A stretch of 64,000 bases of DNA from Gemmatimonadota bacterium (GTDB lineage: Bacteria > JBHIER01 > G020348925). The position numbers and the translations under genes are program-made. Below the pieces are notes generated by a model. It was not told where the DNA came from. It worked only from the letters and a program-made list of their open reading frames with translations, and did not search any database. Positions 1 through 11,383 of the stretch are shown piece after piece; positions within the stretch are counted from its first letter, which is position 1; each line of letters opens with the position of its first letter. The DNA lies in contig CP070758.1 in the NCBI GenBank assembly GCA_020348925.1, positions 4,835,775 through 4,899,774 of the forward strand, in the 5' to 3' direction.

Positions 1-1
1 G

Positions 2-2647
2 GGTATCTACAAAAAAGCCGTCGAGAGCCTAAGAATAGATGGCCCGTTATTTGAGGCGAGCGTCTCACGGAGGATATTGCAGGACAGAAATGGAAGTCTC
101 TGGTTCGCTTCTCATGATAAGGGGGCTGTTGAATTTGACCCGCAAAAGAAGAGCTTTATTCTACATAATGACTTGAGAGACCGTGGTATTCTTTGGTTGT
201 TGGAGGACAGTAGGGGATTTCTTTGGTATGGTACGAATAAGGGCATTAGTCTGTATGATGGGAGAGAGTTTCAGCATTTCACGAGAATAAACGGCTTAGA
301 CTTGAACTACGTCCAAGATATTTTAGAAGATAGTGATGAGAATCTATGGTTTGGCACAGAAAATGGTGTTTTCAAATATACCGTAGAAAGCTTCAGACAA
401 TATACAGAAGTTGATGGAATGGTTGATAACTCTGTTGGGATCTGCATTGAGGATAGAAGCGGTAATATATGGTTTGGCACGAAAAATGGTGTAAGTAAAT
501 TTGATGGTTCTATTTTTCGAAATTTCACAATACATGACGGATTACCAGATAACAACATATTATCAATTTCGGAGGACACGAAGGGAAATCTCTGGTTTGG
601 GACTACGTCTGGGGCTAGCATGAATTTACAAACTTTTAAAGGAATAGACTGTCTTGGGAATACTGCTGTAAGAGAAATCCTGGAAGACAGAAAAGGTAAT
701 GTGTGGTTTGCCACGGCAGAGGGCATATGCAGGTATGACGGAATAAGTTTTCAAGCTTTTCCCATAGAGAGCGGGCGCGAAATGATCATAGATAGTCGAG
801 ATAGGGTGTGGATCGGCAGCCTGAATTCTGGACTCTTCATACATGATGGTAAGGAGAAACTGGAATCCTTTACTGTTGAACATGGGTTAGCGAGTAATAA
901 TATCACTTGGATTCTCGAATCTTACGATGGCAATCTTTGGTTTGGACTGAAGGGTGATGTTTTTCCAAACGAGTTTGAAAAGCCTTTCCAGGGGGGCCTC
1001 TGTTACTATGATGGGCAGAGCTTCAAGACGTTTACTACTGAAGACGGGCTTTCGAGCATTCTCTTAACAGCAGCGGTAGAGGATAGAAAGGGGAATCTTT
1101 GGATAGGTACTTCCGATAAAGGAGCTACAAAATGTCATAGCCGTCCAATCGAAGGAGAATTCCGTTTTGAGACGATAGCAAAAGCTCAAGGTTTACTGAG
1201 TGATTACATTACTACAATTTACTCTGATCGATTCGGAAATCTATGGTTTGGCACTGAAAAAGGTGTCAGCAAATATGATGGAGAAAACTTTCAGAACATC
1301 TTTTTAACAAATTATCTTAGTTTTGGTTACATCGAAAATATTTTTGAAGATAGCAAAGGCTCGATGTGGTTTATGACAACGAGAGATGGTGCGATTCGAT
1401 ATCTGCCTCCCAGCAGTGAAGTTCGTCCACGTGTCCACGTTGTGGGAATAGAAGCCGATACGTTTTATACAAATGTTGATGAGATTAAAGTGCCCACGAG
1501 TGCAAGCTCTATAACATTTGAATATAAAGGCATCAGTTTTAGGACAAAGCCGGGAAGAATGCGGTATACTTATAAGTTGGAAGGACAGGACTCGGATTGG
1601 CACCTCCCTGTTCTTGAAACAAAATCTGTCTACAGGAATCTCAGACCGGGAACATATGAATTCAGTGTTCAAGCTATTGATGAGGATTTACACTACTCTG
1701 AGCCACCTGCATCAGTAAAAGTTCATATATACCAACCCTTTGTTAGAACAATATACTTTTGCCTCATGATTGGTTTCTGTGGAATTTGCCTGACAGGTGG
1801 GGCGATCTATATGGTCGTTCAATTGAGGAAGCAGCGTCGTATTGCTAACCTGTATCAAGAGAAACTACATAAGCAACAAGAGGCTGAACGAGTTCAGACC
1901 GCAAAGATGACATCATTACGCCAGTTTGTCGCTGGTGTTGCACATGAGATAAATAATCCAATTGGAGTTATCCTGAGCAGCAACGATGTCTCAAGTAGAG
2001 CAATAAATAAAATCATAAACGTTCTCCCTCATCAATTACCAGATAAGGGGGAAAGTAGTAAAGAGCTTATGGCAACGCTTGATCTCTTAGGAAACATGAA
2101 CAAAACCAGTATAGTTGCATCGGAGAAAGTAGCAAAAATTGTTGAAAACTTGCGACGATTTGTCAGGCTTGATGAAAGTGAATGGCAGGTGGCGAATATC
2201 AATGAGGGATTAGAAAGCGTAATAGCTTTGATAGAGCCAAAAGTTGAAGCGAGAATAACTGTAAAAAGAGATTATGGTGAAATACCTCAAATCTATTGTT
2301 CAATGAGCAGCCTCAATCAAGTTTTTATGACAATTCTTGAAAATGCATCCGAAGCTATTGAGAAGAAAGGCGAAATTGAAGTGAAAACACGATCTCAGAA
2401 TGGCGATATTGAGATTGAAATTAGCGACAGCGGGATTGGTATTCCGGCAGAGAATATGGGAAGGATTTTTGATCCTGGATTTACAACCAAAGGAGTAGGT
2501 GTTGGCACTGGGCTCGGTTTGTCAATTTGTTACAAAATTATTGTGGATGAACACAAGGGGAAAATTGATGTTTTTAGTGAAGTAAATAAGGGATCAACTT
2601 TTAGAATTCTTATTCCTCAAAGAGTCGGAGATGAAAGGGTATCTTAG
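2..2647 (+). CDS. Sensor histidine kinase with beta-propeller repeats, Y_Y_Y domain, TM helix, HisKA and HATPase (5' end runs off the window)
   Basis: Frame is open from base 2; repeated 'EDxxGNLWFGT' propeller motifs; 'YTYKLEGQDSDW...YRNLRPGTYEFSVQA' (Y_Y_Y); H-box AHEINNP; N box ENASEA; G boxes DSGIGI, FTTK, GTGLGL. Confidence 0.92.
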   Translation, partial: GIYKKAVESLRIDGPLFEASVSRRILQDRNGSLWFASHDKGAVEFDPQKKSFILHNDLRDRGILWLLEDSRGFLWYGTNKGISLYDGREFQHFTRINGLDLNYVQDILEDSDENLWFGTENGVFKYTVESFRQYTEVDGMVDNSVGICIEDRSGNIWFGTKNGVSKFDGSIFRNFTIHDGLPDNNILSISEDTKGNLWFGTTSGASMNLQTFKGIDCLGNTAVREILEDRKGNVWFATAEGICRYDGISFQAFPIESGREMIIDSRDRVWIGSLNSGLFIHDGKEKLESFTVEHGLASNNITWILESYDGNLWFGLKGDVFPNEFEKPFQGGLCYYDGQSFKTFTTEDGLSSILLTAAVEDRKGNLWIGTSDKGATKCHSRPIEGEFRFETIAKAQGLLSDYITTIYSDRFGNLWFGTEKGVSKYDGENFQNIFLTNYLSFGYIENIFEDSKGSMWFMTTRDGAIRYLPPSSEVRPRVHVVGIEADTFYTNVDEIKVPTSASSITFEYKGISFRTKPGRMRYTYKLEGQDSDWHLPVLETKSVYRNLRPGTYEFSVQAIDEDLHYSEPPASVKVHIYQPFVRTIYFCLMIGFCGICLTGGAIYMVVQLRKQRRIANLYQEKLHKQQEAERVQTAKMTSLRQFVAGVAHEINNPIGVILSSNDVSSRAINKIINVLPHQLPDKGESSKELMATLDLLGNMNKTSIVASEKVAKIVENLRRFVRLDESEWQVANINEGLESVIALIEPKVEARITVKRDYGEIPQIYCSMSSLNQVFMTILENASEAIEKKGEIEVKTRSQNGDIEIEISDSGIGIPAENMGRIFDPGFTTKGVGVGTGLGLSICYKIIVDEHKGKIDVFSEVNKGSTFRILIPQRVGDERVS

Positions 2648-2655
2648 TATTCATT

Positions 2656-3576
2656 ATGAGAATATTTAGGCTCTTCTTAATTCTTTGTCCATTATGGTTG
2701 CTTATAGTGAGCTGCAGTTTGACAAAAATGGCGGCTAATCAAACAACGGCTATTTTGGTTGCAGCAATGCCTGCATACGAAAGGGAAACCAATCTGGAAT
2801 TTGCTGAACAGGCAATTTCAGGAAATTTAAAATTACTGGAAGGACTCCTCGAAACCACACCCCATAATGAAGACCTTATACTTTTAGCATCCAGAAATTA
2901 TACATGTTACGCTTTCGGATTTATAGAAGAAAAAATAGACAGAGCCGATGAAGAAAAAAATTTCGAAAGAAAAGAAAAGTTAATAGAAAATGCCGTTGAT
3001 TTTTATCGAAGAGGGAGAAAATACGGTTTACAATTGATCGCTCTTTCTCGAAAGAAGTTTCACCTGGCCTTGGAACAAGGTATAGAAGAACTTGCGTCAG
3101 AACTTGATCACTTTAACAAAAGAGACATACCTGGATTGTTTTGGACCGCATATGCATGGGGAAATATGATCAATCTCCAACAAGATAATCCAAAGTTGGT
3201 TGCTGAGATCCCGAAGGTTATTCTCATGATGCAACGTGTTTTGGAATTGGATGAAGACTATTTTTTCGGGGGAGGACATCTTTTCTTTGGCGTTTATTAC
3301 GGAAGTCGCCCCCAAGAGCTGGGGGGAAATCCTTTGAAGGCAAAGCATCATTTTGAGCGGGCAATTGAAATCAACGATGGAAAGTACCTTATGGCAAAAT
3401 TTCTTCTGGTAAAATACTATGCGGTTTCTGTTCAGGACAGGGAGATGTTTGACCAAACACTGCAGGAAATTAGATTGGCTCCGTCTGATCTTTTCCCGGA
3501 ACAGGGTCTTGCAAATAAATTGGCAAAACGGTACGCAGAAAGATGGATTGGCCGGATTGACGAGTTTTTCTTTTAG
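2656..3576 (+). CDS. TRAP (TPAT) transporter TatT-family TPR lipoprotein
   Basis: Lipobox-like LIVSC; 'LKLLEGLLETTPHN', 'YAFGF', 'LFWTAYAWG', 'LELDEDYFFGG', 'GGNPLKAKHHFERAIEI' resemble the TatT family. Confidence 0.8.
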   Translation: MRIFRLFLILCPLWLLIVSCSLTKMAANQTTAILVAAMPAYERETNLEFAEQAISGNLKLLEGLLETTPHNEDLILLASRNYTCYAFGFIEEKIDRADEEKNFERKEKLIENAVDFYRRGRKYGLQLIALSRKKFHLALEQGIEELASELDHFNKRDIPGLFWTAYAWGNMINLQQDNPKLVAEIPKVILMMQRVLELDEDYFFGGGHLFFGVYYGSRPQELGGNPLKAKHHFERAIEINDGKYLMAKFLLVKYYAVSVQDREMFDQTLQEIRLAPSDLFPEQGLANKLAKRYAERWIGRIDEFFF

Positions 3577-4024
3577 GATTAATTGATCCATATCTGACCA
3601 TATCGAAAAAGATGGAACTTGTGAAAATTTTTCTGTAATTTTTTGGAGAAACTTACAGTTTTTTTGACTGGAAGAAAATGTTGGTTATCTTTGATATTAT
3701 TCACTTTGAAAGAGGGAGTTGATTTATTATCCTCCGACGTTTAAAAGGAGTGATCCATCGAACACATTCGGGTAAATTTGGGTTAAATTTCTTATGTCAG
3801 GGGAGTGGATAAAAGTTTTAAAATAATTTAATAAGGCCCGCTCCTATCAACCTATATCTTTGATAATTATAGACTTATAAAATTATAAAGTGGCGGCTAT
3901 CCGATTGAGTCTGCCTATTCCGGCATGTTGAAGAATGTGATAGTCAAAAGTGATGAATATCAAAGAAAATATTCAGTACTGGATTTTGAACAATGCTACT
4001 ACATTTCTCCAAGATTCACAGAAA

Positions 4025-5413
4025 TCATTTCAGCAATGCCATTCGTTTCGTAGCAGTGAACTCTCTGGTCATTATCTTGTAAAAATAGACTCCGCTGGCA
4101 AGGTTTGAGGCATCCCATTCTACCTTGTAAGTTCCCGACGGTTGCCTTACAGAAATAAGCGTTGCTACCTTTTGCCCGAGGATGTTGTAGATGCTTAAAT
4201 CGACGTTGGCAAACATAGGTAGTTGATATTCGATAGTAGTTATATGATTAAAAGGATTAGGAAAATTCATCATCAATCCGTAATCTTCAGGCAACACAAG
4301 TCCTCCAGCAAAATCTACTGATGTCTCCTGAATCACCGTCACCGTCAATGTATCTGTGAATTCAAGGTAAGCACCAACAATCTTCCAACTCCCAACCTGG
4401 CAGGCCCTGTAGACATTGTCTGTGAAGGATCCACAAGGATCGTTAGCACTAAACTCTGCAAATTCGGTAACATCAGTTTCGTTTTCATTCTCATCGTAGG
4501 CAATGACTGTACAAGCAATCTCACTCCCTGAAACTACCGCCGTAGTCTCTGCAGAAACCTCTATCCCCGCAATGGGACCAATGGTTACATATACCACAGC
4601 CGTGTCAGCCAAGTCGCCATACGTACCCATGACGGTCAATGTCCCTACGGAACAAGCATGATACATGTTCCCTTCGAACCAGCCGCAAAAATCCGTAGTC
4701 GTATAGAGCGTCGAATCAGTCACGTCACACTCTGCATACCCATCAGTGGTCACCGCCCGATATGCAACTGTTTGCGTTGAAGCGATGGTCGTGTCCTGAG
4801 GAGCAATTGTAAGATCAGCAAGTGCTCCTCCCAAACACGTGTAAATCCCGCAGCAGGTATTGTATCCATCCGCAATGTCATCCAACAAGTTCTGCAAACA
4901 AATCTGGCTCTCATCACCAGGATTTCCAAGAAGTGAAAAGTACATCTTGACAAGAGGGCCACTGGTTTCTGAATCAATGGCAGTTGTGTGAAATCCCCCT
5001 ACAGTAATCACACCGGGCATCTGTTCGCTGGCATCTACAAAAGTCCACTCATCCGTCAGACATCCCTCAACCTCAATCGCGTTATACTCCATATGGTCAG
5101 TATTGTATGTAATCTCAAATCCGAAAGCATCGATAGGCTTGATACTCTCTGCAATTTCGATTCCAATTACTTCAGTTTTTCCTGCGCACCCAGTCAGATC
5201 AGAGACCCTCATATATGGAGGTTCACACTCTCTCATCCGATAAAAGGACGTGATAGCTTCAGCATATGACCATCCTGAACTAATTTGGGCACCAATGATC
5301 ACTCCCTCCGTTCCAGAATCCACAGTTTCCGGCAATTGGGCCAAGACAATCCCGATCCCTAAAGTTATTACCAAAATAGTTGCGACCATAGAGACGTAGA
5401 AATACTTTGTCAT
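4025..5413 (-). CDS. Secreted protein: signal peptide, cohesin-like domain, two Ig-like (Big_2-type) repeats, T9SS-type C-terminal domain
   Basis: ATG at 5413 with GGAGAA upstream; cohesin-like 'IDAFGFEITYNTDHMEY...GVITVGG...SGPLVKMYF'; duplicated 'DVT...D.CG.F..N.Y.AC.VG' repeats; C-terminal 'NFPNPFNHITTIEYQLP...SGVYFYKI'. Confidence 0.75.
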   Translation of the reverse strand: MTKYFYVSMVATILVITLGIGIVLAQLPETVDSGTEGVIIGAQISSGWSYAEAITSFYRMRECEPPYMRVSDLTGCAGKTEVIGIEIAESIKPIDAFGFEITYNTDHMEYNAIEVEGCLTDEWTFVDASEQMPGVITVGGFHTTAIDSETSGPLVKMYFSLLGNPGDESQICLQNLLDDIADGYNTCCGIYTCLGGALADLTIAPQDTTIASTQTVAYRAVTTDGYAECDVTDSTLYTTTDFCGWFEGNMYHACSVGTLTVMGTYGDLADTAVVYVTIGPIAGIEVSAETTAVVSGSEIACTVIAYDENENETDVTEFAEFSANDPCGSFTDNVYRACQVGSWKIVGAYLEFTDTLTVTVIQETSVDFAGGLVLPEDYGLMMNFPNPFNHITTIEYQLPMFANVDLSIYNILGQKVATLISVRQPSGTYKVEWDASNLASGVYFYKIMTREFTATKRMALLK

Positions 5414-5688
5414 TTCTCCATTTTCTATTTGATAATTGCTTCGTTTATTTCGGAGGCACGTGGCTGATGAAATGGACTCAGTGTCACAATTTTTCACCAA
5501 CATTCAGAATATAGGTTTCTTTACTTAGATTCGTTAAAACTGTATGCTTCTTAGAAAATCCGCGTTTTCATCGCATCAAGCAAACTGCATATTTTGACCA
5601 CAGTATATATATTGTTTCATTATAAGCAAAAGGGCCGCAGAGGAACATTCAATTCTAAGCGACTCTTTCTTATTGAAGTATCTATCCG

Positions 5689-7674
5689 TTACTTCATCAA
5701 CACCATGCGCTTTGTCGCAATAAAATCGCCCGCGGTCATGCGGTAGAAATAAATGCCGCTTGTTACCTTATCAGAATTCCAAGATGCTCTGTAATACCCT
5801 GATTCCTTCTTGGTATTCACCAACTCTGTCACCTTTTGGCCGAGTATGTTGAATACTTCCAATCTCACTATCGAGGCTTCTGGTAATGCATACTCAATCG
5901 TCGTCACCGGATTAAACGGATTCGGATAATTCTGAGCCAGGCTGTACTCTGTTGGTATGGGTACTACCTTGACCACCGAACTCAATACTTTATCCTCGTC
6001 AATCCGAGCGACAACATCGAGCCTGCCAGGCACCAATCGTTCAAATATAATGGTGATCATACCCAGCTCAGTTTCGCTGGCGGCTGCCACATGCAGACCT
6101 TCACCATCCTCAGCCCACTCCACAAGACCTTCAACCAAGACATCGGTAATTTTCAAATCAGCACCGGAGATCACCATGTCCACTGCTCTGGCCGAACCAA
6201 CATTCACCTGCAAGGTCTTATCAACTACTTCAGCATCAAGCTCACCGACCGCCACCTTGGCCGGCGAACCTGGCCAGTTCTGGCTCACATCACCGGTGAT
6301 CACAGCCTCCCAGCACAAATCGACATCCTCAACGAAGGACGGGAAGCAGACGCACGGATCTTTGAATCCTGTTATGTCGCAGTTCAGGTCGGATTCGAAA
6401 ATCCAGTCTCCGATGAAATGCGAGGGAATAAGATCGCTACCTATGTGGCCCGTCACCACCCACTTCAGAATGGCCGAGGCATCAAAAGCCGAGATAGTCC
6501 AGTTTGCTGTCACATCACGGGCCAGGGAGTCGTTGTGGCTCAGGATTTGTGAGCCACAGATCATTCGCAGGATCATGGTCGCATCGTATGATGTGACAAT
6601 TTGATCCTGGACCGTCAGGGTGTTCTCCATTTCCGGCCAGACGCACAATCCCGCGCACTCATCCAGTGGCGTGATACCAAAGGCACCTGTCTCATCCGTC
6701 AGTATCTCAAAGGTACCTTCATCACATATCCCACCTTTGAAAATGCTCACACCAGGGACTGGCAGGTACGGTGGATCACTGTAGTATACCTTCCCCGTTA
6801 TCGAAAACTCCCGGAAATACAGCCACGTCGTGTCGATCCAGCAGGCCATGGGATCCCCCTCGTTGAACTTCACGTAATCGACAGACAGAGCAGCACTGTC
6901 TTCGGAAGTCACCCCAGCATTGACTTGAAATCCCACATACAGGAAGTCGTACCACGTACAGATAGGATCGCACTGGGGCAGGGGATAATTCCCGGCTAGG
7001 GCCACATATATCTTCCCGTTCTCCTCGTCTAAATTATGGATCAGGGCTCCCCAATGCTCGGTCATTAACCCTTCGTTACCCACCTCACCCACGGTCAGCA
7101 GATCCGTATCGTAATCGAGCTCAAAATAGGCGGAGACGACGTCCAGATCGGCTAAACAATCATAATCCGGATGGACGCGCACGGGTATCTCTATCCATCC
7201 ACAGGCATACCCGGTCGTATCCGGCCAGGAGACCAATAGCTCGCAATCGTCCACGACGATAACTGTGGTCAGGGTGTCCATGAGCGAATCGGGCATGGTG
7301 CTCTTGACAAAGAGGCTGCAGGCCAGGGTATCGCATGCTCCCATCTTCGGTGGAGTCCAGCACCACTCCAGACTGACCGAGCCGCGGCCATAGGCCGTAT
7401 CCGGCTCAGCTCCGTCGCAGGGATACGGATCGAGGATGTTCCACAGGATCAGGCTGTCGTTATCCGGATCGAAAGCCTCGAAGGTCAGACAGATCTGTTC
7501 CGTTTCGCCCACGTACAGGGTATCGGCTACGGAGGTCACAATCTCCGGCTCCCGGTTGACCATGAAGAAGCCGTTTTCGGTCTCTGACATGGGCCGGCCC
7601 TCGTTGAACAAGAACTTGGAAAAACGGATTGAGGTAGTGTCCCCGGGCATTGTCCCATATATATCGTCTCTCAC
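5689..7674 (-). CDS. Scaffoldin-like secreted protein (5' truncated by gap): end of one cohesin, Ig-like domain, second cohesin, dockerin-like region, T9SS-type CTD
   Basis: 'FNEGRP' and 'FNEGDP' cohesin-end motifs; 'IEIPVRV...SAYFELDYDTDLL...GKIYVALAG'; dockerin-like 'VTSYDATMILRMICG...ARDVTANWTISAFDASAILKWVV'; CTD 'YSLAQNYPNPFNPVTTIEYALP'. Confidence 0.72.
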   Translation of the reverse strand: MRDDIYGTMPGDTTSIRFSKFLFNEGRPMSETENGFFMVNREPEIVTSVADTLYVGETEQICLTFEAFDPDNDSLILWNILDPYPCDGAEPDTAYGRGSVSLEWCWTPPKMGACDTLACSLFVKSTMPDSLMDTLTTVIVVDDCELLVSWPDTTGYACGWIEIPVRVHPDYDCLADLDVVSAYFELDYDTDLLTVGEVGNEGLMTEHWGALIHNLDEENGKIYVALAGNYPLPQCDPICTWYDFLYVGFQVNAGVTSEDSAALSVDYVKFNEGDPMACWIDTTWLYFREFSITGKVYYSDPPYLPVPGVSIFKGGICDEGTFEILTDETGAFGITPLDECAGLCVWPEMENTLTVQDQIVTSYDATMILRMICGSQILSHNDSLARDVTANWTISAFDASAILKWVVTGHIGSDLIPSHFIGDWIFESDLNCDITGFKDPCVCFPSFVEDVDLCWEAVITGDVSQNWPGSPAKVAVGELDAEVVDKTLQVNVGSARAVDMVISGADLKITDVLVEGLVEWAEDGEGLHVAAASETELGMITIIFERLVPGRLDVVARIDEDKVLSSVVKVVPIPTEYSLAQNYPNPFNPVTTIEYALPEASIVRLEVFNILGQKVTELVNTKKESGYYRASWNSDKVTSGIYFYRMTAGDFIATKRMVLMK

Positions 7675-7774
7675 NNNNNNNNNNNNNNNNNNNNNNNNNN
7701 NNNNNNNNNNNNNNNNNNNNNNNNNNNNNNNNNNNNNNNNNNNNNNNNNNNNNNNNNNNNNNNNNNNNNNNNNN
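7675..7774. other. Assembly gap / contig spacer (100 N)
   Basis: Run of 100 n; flanking genes are unrelated and both truncated. Confidence 0.99.
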
Positions 7775-8753
7775 GCGGCAATACGGCAATCGAATCAATG
7801 CCCTCGCTTCTTTCAGTGAAAAGAAAACTTCTTCCTATTACAAAGAGCAAAAGTATTGTGAGGAGAGCTGCGCCTATATATATGTAATTCATATTTGAAT
7901 GTTTCGCTTCAGATATGTGCTTTCCCGTCTTTGACGGTTCAACATCCTTTATGACAGCTTTTAAATCAACAAGCATGTCGCTGATATTCTGATATCGTTC
8001 ATCAGGATTTTTCTTCATGGTTTTCTTAGCAATTCGCTCCAACTCCATCGGTACTCCAGTCCGTAAACCCGTCATCGGTTCGGTCTCTTCATTGAGGATG
8101 GAGTAGACAACGGCTTGGTCGTAATCCCCTTTAAATGGTAATTGCCCGGTGACCATTTCGTACAGCACAATACCCAGGGACCAGATATCGGTTCTGTGAT
8201 CGACCTCATCGCCCCGTGTCTGCTCAGGCGACATGTACGCTACCGTTCCAACCGTCGTTCCCTCTTTCGTAAGTTTTTTCTGACCCCTCAGTTTGGCCAG
8301 GCCGAAATCGAGTATTTTTACGACACCATCTTCGGTCACAAAGATATTGGCCGGTTTTATGTCGCGGTGCACTATGCCTTTTTGATGAGCCTTATCCAGT
8401 CCTTGAGCAACTTGAATAGCAATATCCATGGCCTCATCCAACTTCAATGGACCTTCTGAGATTTTGTCCTTCAGGCTCCCTCCCTCCATGTGCTCCATGG
8501 CGATGAAGGATTGTCCTTCAGATTCATCAATTTCATGAATTGTACAAATATTGGAATGGCTCAGCGCTGCAGCCGCCCTGGCTTCGTGGATAAAGCGCTC
8601 CTTCGCTTCGGAGTCACGCGTTAGTTCCGGTGGGAGAAATTTGAGAGCGACAGTGCGTTTAAGTTTCGTATCCTCGACAAGGTAAACCACGCCCATGCCG
8701 CCTTCGCCTATTTTTTCGAGGATTTTATAATGGGATATGGTTTCGCCGATCAT
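7775..8753 (-). CDS. Hanks-type Ser/Thr protein kinase with TM helix, start of TolB-N-like domain (3' truncated by gap)
   Basis: [35 protein letters not shown] '[18 protein letters not shown]'; 'SIAVLP' at the gap. Confidence 0.93.
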
Positions 8754-11383
8754 GAACCGTCTCCTGAATAGTTTTCAAGTATTTGTTGAAACCGAGGATG
8801 ATCTCGAAGGGGATCCCACCTCGGATCGAGCCGGAGTAGATGGACTGACAGACTTGAGGGAAGGGTGAGTGAATATTCGATCAGATCAAGAGCTTTATCA
8901 TGCTCCCCCACCAGCATGTAGATCGAAGCCAAATCATGAACATGAGCGGGACCGTGCAAGGCATCCAGGGAAACAGGGTAGAGTTCAACGGCCAGTTTCC
9001 CCTCGCGGATCGCCTCCTCTTTTCGACCGAGCAGAGCATAAACAGTACCGAGCGCACTATGAACCCTGGCATCCTCAGGACGTTGCTCCGCTTCTTGTTC
9101 AAGAATTGGTAAAGCTGCCTCAAACGCGCTCCGTGCCTCTTCCGACTTTCCTTGTAAGAAATAAATATAGCCCTCAAACATCATTTTGGGGTGAAACAAT
9201 TCTGAGGTTTCAATAACTTCGACTGGAATCGAACCCAGGTGCTCCAGAGCCGATTCGTAGTCTCTTGCCAGTGTTTCAAAATAAAACCAGAAAAAACTTG
9301 AAAAGACATCGGGTATAGAGGGCATTGCTTCCATAGTCTTGCGGGCGTTTATCATATCACCCCATCCCAGCAGGTAATTCGTTGTTTTAAGAACATAAGC
9401 CGCCTTCTGATCGGGCGCAAGAGCAATGGATCTGTCGTAAAATTCAATTGCTTCTTCAAATTGATTTGTCGCCAAGTGCAGATTTCCCAACTCTCTGGCG
9501 AGTCTGGAGTCCATGGGGTTCAGTGCAAACGCCTGCCTGGCAATTTCAATCGCTTCGTTCCAGCGTCCTTGACGCCGACGGATCCAGGCTGTGGCCGAAA
9601 GGGCATCGCTGTCGTTCGGCAAACTCTTCACTGCAACCGCAAACTCCCGGAGAGCTTTATCATAGTCGCGAAGAGCGTAATAGTAATAATATCCCAAAGC
9701 CAAGTGTGCCTCCGGTGAATCCGGATCAAGTTCGAAAGCCCGGTCCACAGCTGCTTTTGCCACATTCTTTCGTTCTTGAGTGCGATCCATACCCAGATTG
9801 ATCATGCTTGAATGAGCGTGAGAAAGTGAAGCCCAGGCCAATACGAAATTCGGATCCAGCTCGACTGCCCGCTGCAGCAATTGGATCTTCATTCGATGCG
9901 CTTCTTCCTGATAGACTCCGCGTTCCTCATAGTCGAAGGCTTTAAGATACGCCTGATAGGCATCGAGATTGTCAGTTGGGATGGCATCAAGAGTCTGTCT
10001 TTCGGGCTCAAGGAGTGTCAAATTCAATTCCCGCACGACCCCATCAGCGATGTTAGACTGTACAGTAAAAATTTCCTCCAGTCGTTCATCGTATCGCTCG
10101 GTCCAAAGATGGGTGTCGTCGGATACTCGTATGAGCTGGGGAGTGACTCGGACGCGGCTTGGTCCATCTTTGATACGCTCCCATCGAACAGTACCTTCAA
10201 GAACGTAGTCGACTTTTAGTTCCTGCCCAATCTGCCCGATTGTTTTATCCGTCTTCTTGTAATGGAATGCACTGGTCCGGGAAATAACGCCAAGTCCGCG
10301 CAAGGATGCCAATCTACTGGTGATCTCCTCGGTGATTCCGTCGGCGAAATACTCATCCTCCGATGGACCCAGGTTCTCGAAAGGGAGAACGACCAGCATC
10401 TTTCTCTCCGGTATTGCCGGACGATCTGAAGTTGTGAATTGACGTACAAGCAGAATAGCAGCAATTATGACTACTAAAGCCAGGGCAGCAATTCTTGCAA
10501 TAAGTGTTTTCAGTGGCATCTTTGGTGATCTTGAGATTTGCGTTTTTTTCGGAGTGACTTGAGACGTTGAGATTCTTTGAAAATAGCGGAGATCAGCCGA
10601 CAGGTCTGAAGCAGTCTGATATCGCTCTCCGGGATCCTTCTGTAAACATTTGAGGATGATTCTCTCCATTTCCTGCGGCACGCCAGTTCGCACTCCAGTC
10701 ACCGGTTCGGGCTGTTCGTTTATAATCGAATACATTATTGCCTGGTCGTAGTCTCCCCTGAAAGGGGTCTGTCCTGTGATCATTTCATACAATACCACTC
10801 CGAGGGACCAGATATCCGATCGATGATCGACCTCCTCTCCGCGAGTCTGTTCGGGCGACATGTAGGCCACCGTGCCGAGGGTTGTCCCTTCTTTCGTGAG
10901 TCTCGTCTTCCCTCTCAATTTTGCCAGGCCGAAATCAAGTATTTTAACCACTCCATCATCCGTTATCAGAATATTCGCTGGCTTGATGTCGCGATGAACA
11001 ATGTCCTTTTCATGGGCTTTATTGAGACCCTGCGCGATCTGTGAAGCAATATCTACGGCTTCATCGATCTTCAGTGGACCATATTCGATCTTCTCATCCA
11101 GGGATACTCCTTCATAACAGGCCATGACCATGAAGGTCTGTCCCTCATCGGTCTCATCAATTTCGTGAATGGTGCAGATATTATGATGCTCCAGGGCCGA
11201 GGCTGCCCGGGCTTCGTGGATAAAACGCTCCTTCGCTTCGGAGTCACGCGTCAGTTCCGGTGGGAGAAATTTGAGAGCGACAGTGCGTTTAAGCTTCGTA
11301 TCCTCGGCAAGGTAAACCACACCCATGCCGCCTTCGCCGATTTTTTCGAGGATTTTATAATGGGATATGGTTTTGCCGATCAT
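8750..11383 (-). CDS. Ser/Thr protein kinase - TM - TolB-N-like domain - TPR repeats
   Basis: Full kinase motifs; TM; '[11 protein letters not shown]...[11 protein letters not shown]...VISRTSA'; TPRs; C-terminal '[14 protein letters not shown]'; ATGA overlap with the downstream kinase. Confidence 0.95.
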   Translation of the reverse strand: MIGKTISHYKILEKIGEGGMGVVYLAEDTKLKRTVALKFLPPELTRDSEAKERFIHEARAASALEHHNICTIHEIDETDEGQTFMVMACYEGVSLDEKIEYGPLKIDEAVDIASQIAQGLNKAHEKDIVHRDIKPANILITDDGVVKILDFGLAKLRGKTRLTKEGTTLGTVAYMSPEQTRGEEVDHRSDIWSLGVVLYEMITGQTPFRGDYDQAIMYSIINEQPEPVTGVRTGVPQEMERIILKCLQKDPGERYQTASDLSADLRYFQRISTSQVTPKKTQISRSPKMPLKTLIARIAALALVVIIAAILLVRQFTTSDRPAIPERKMLVVLPFENLGPSEDEYFADGITEEITSRLASLRGLGVISRTSAFHYKKTDKTIGQIGQELKVDYVLEGTVRWERIKDGPSRVRVTPQLIRVSDDTHLWTERYDERLEEIFTVQSNIADGVVRELNLTLLEPERQTLDAIPTDNLDAYQAYLKAFDYEERGVYQEEAHRMKIQLLQRAVELDPNFVLAWASLSHAHSSMINLGMDRTQERKNVAKAAVDRAFELDPDSPEAHLALGYYYYYALRDYDKALREFAVAVKSLPNDSDALSATAWIRRRQGRWNEAIEIARQAFALNPMDSRLARELGNLHLATNQFEEAIEFYDRSIALAPDQKAAYVLKTTNYLLGWGDMINARKTMEAMPSIPDVFSSFFWFYFETLARDYESALEHLGSIPVEVIETSELFHPKMMFEGYIYFLQGKSEEARSAFEAALPILEQEAEQRPEDARVHSALGTVYALLGRKEEAIREGKLAVELYPVSLDALHGPAHVHDLASIYMLVGEHDKALDLIEYSLTLPSSLSVHLLRLDPRWDPLRDHPRFQQILENYSGDGS

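Noticed and set aside
3765-3915. tRNA-derived att site of an integrative element
   Set aside because: Only a TGGCGG-like hexamer in AT-rich DNA; no tRNA fold, no second copy and no integrase
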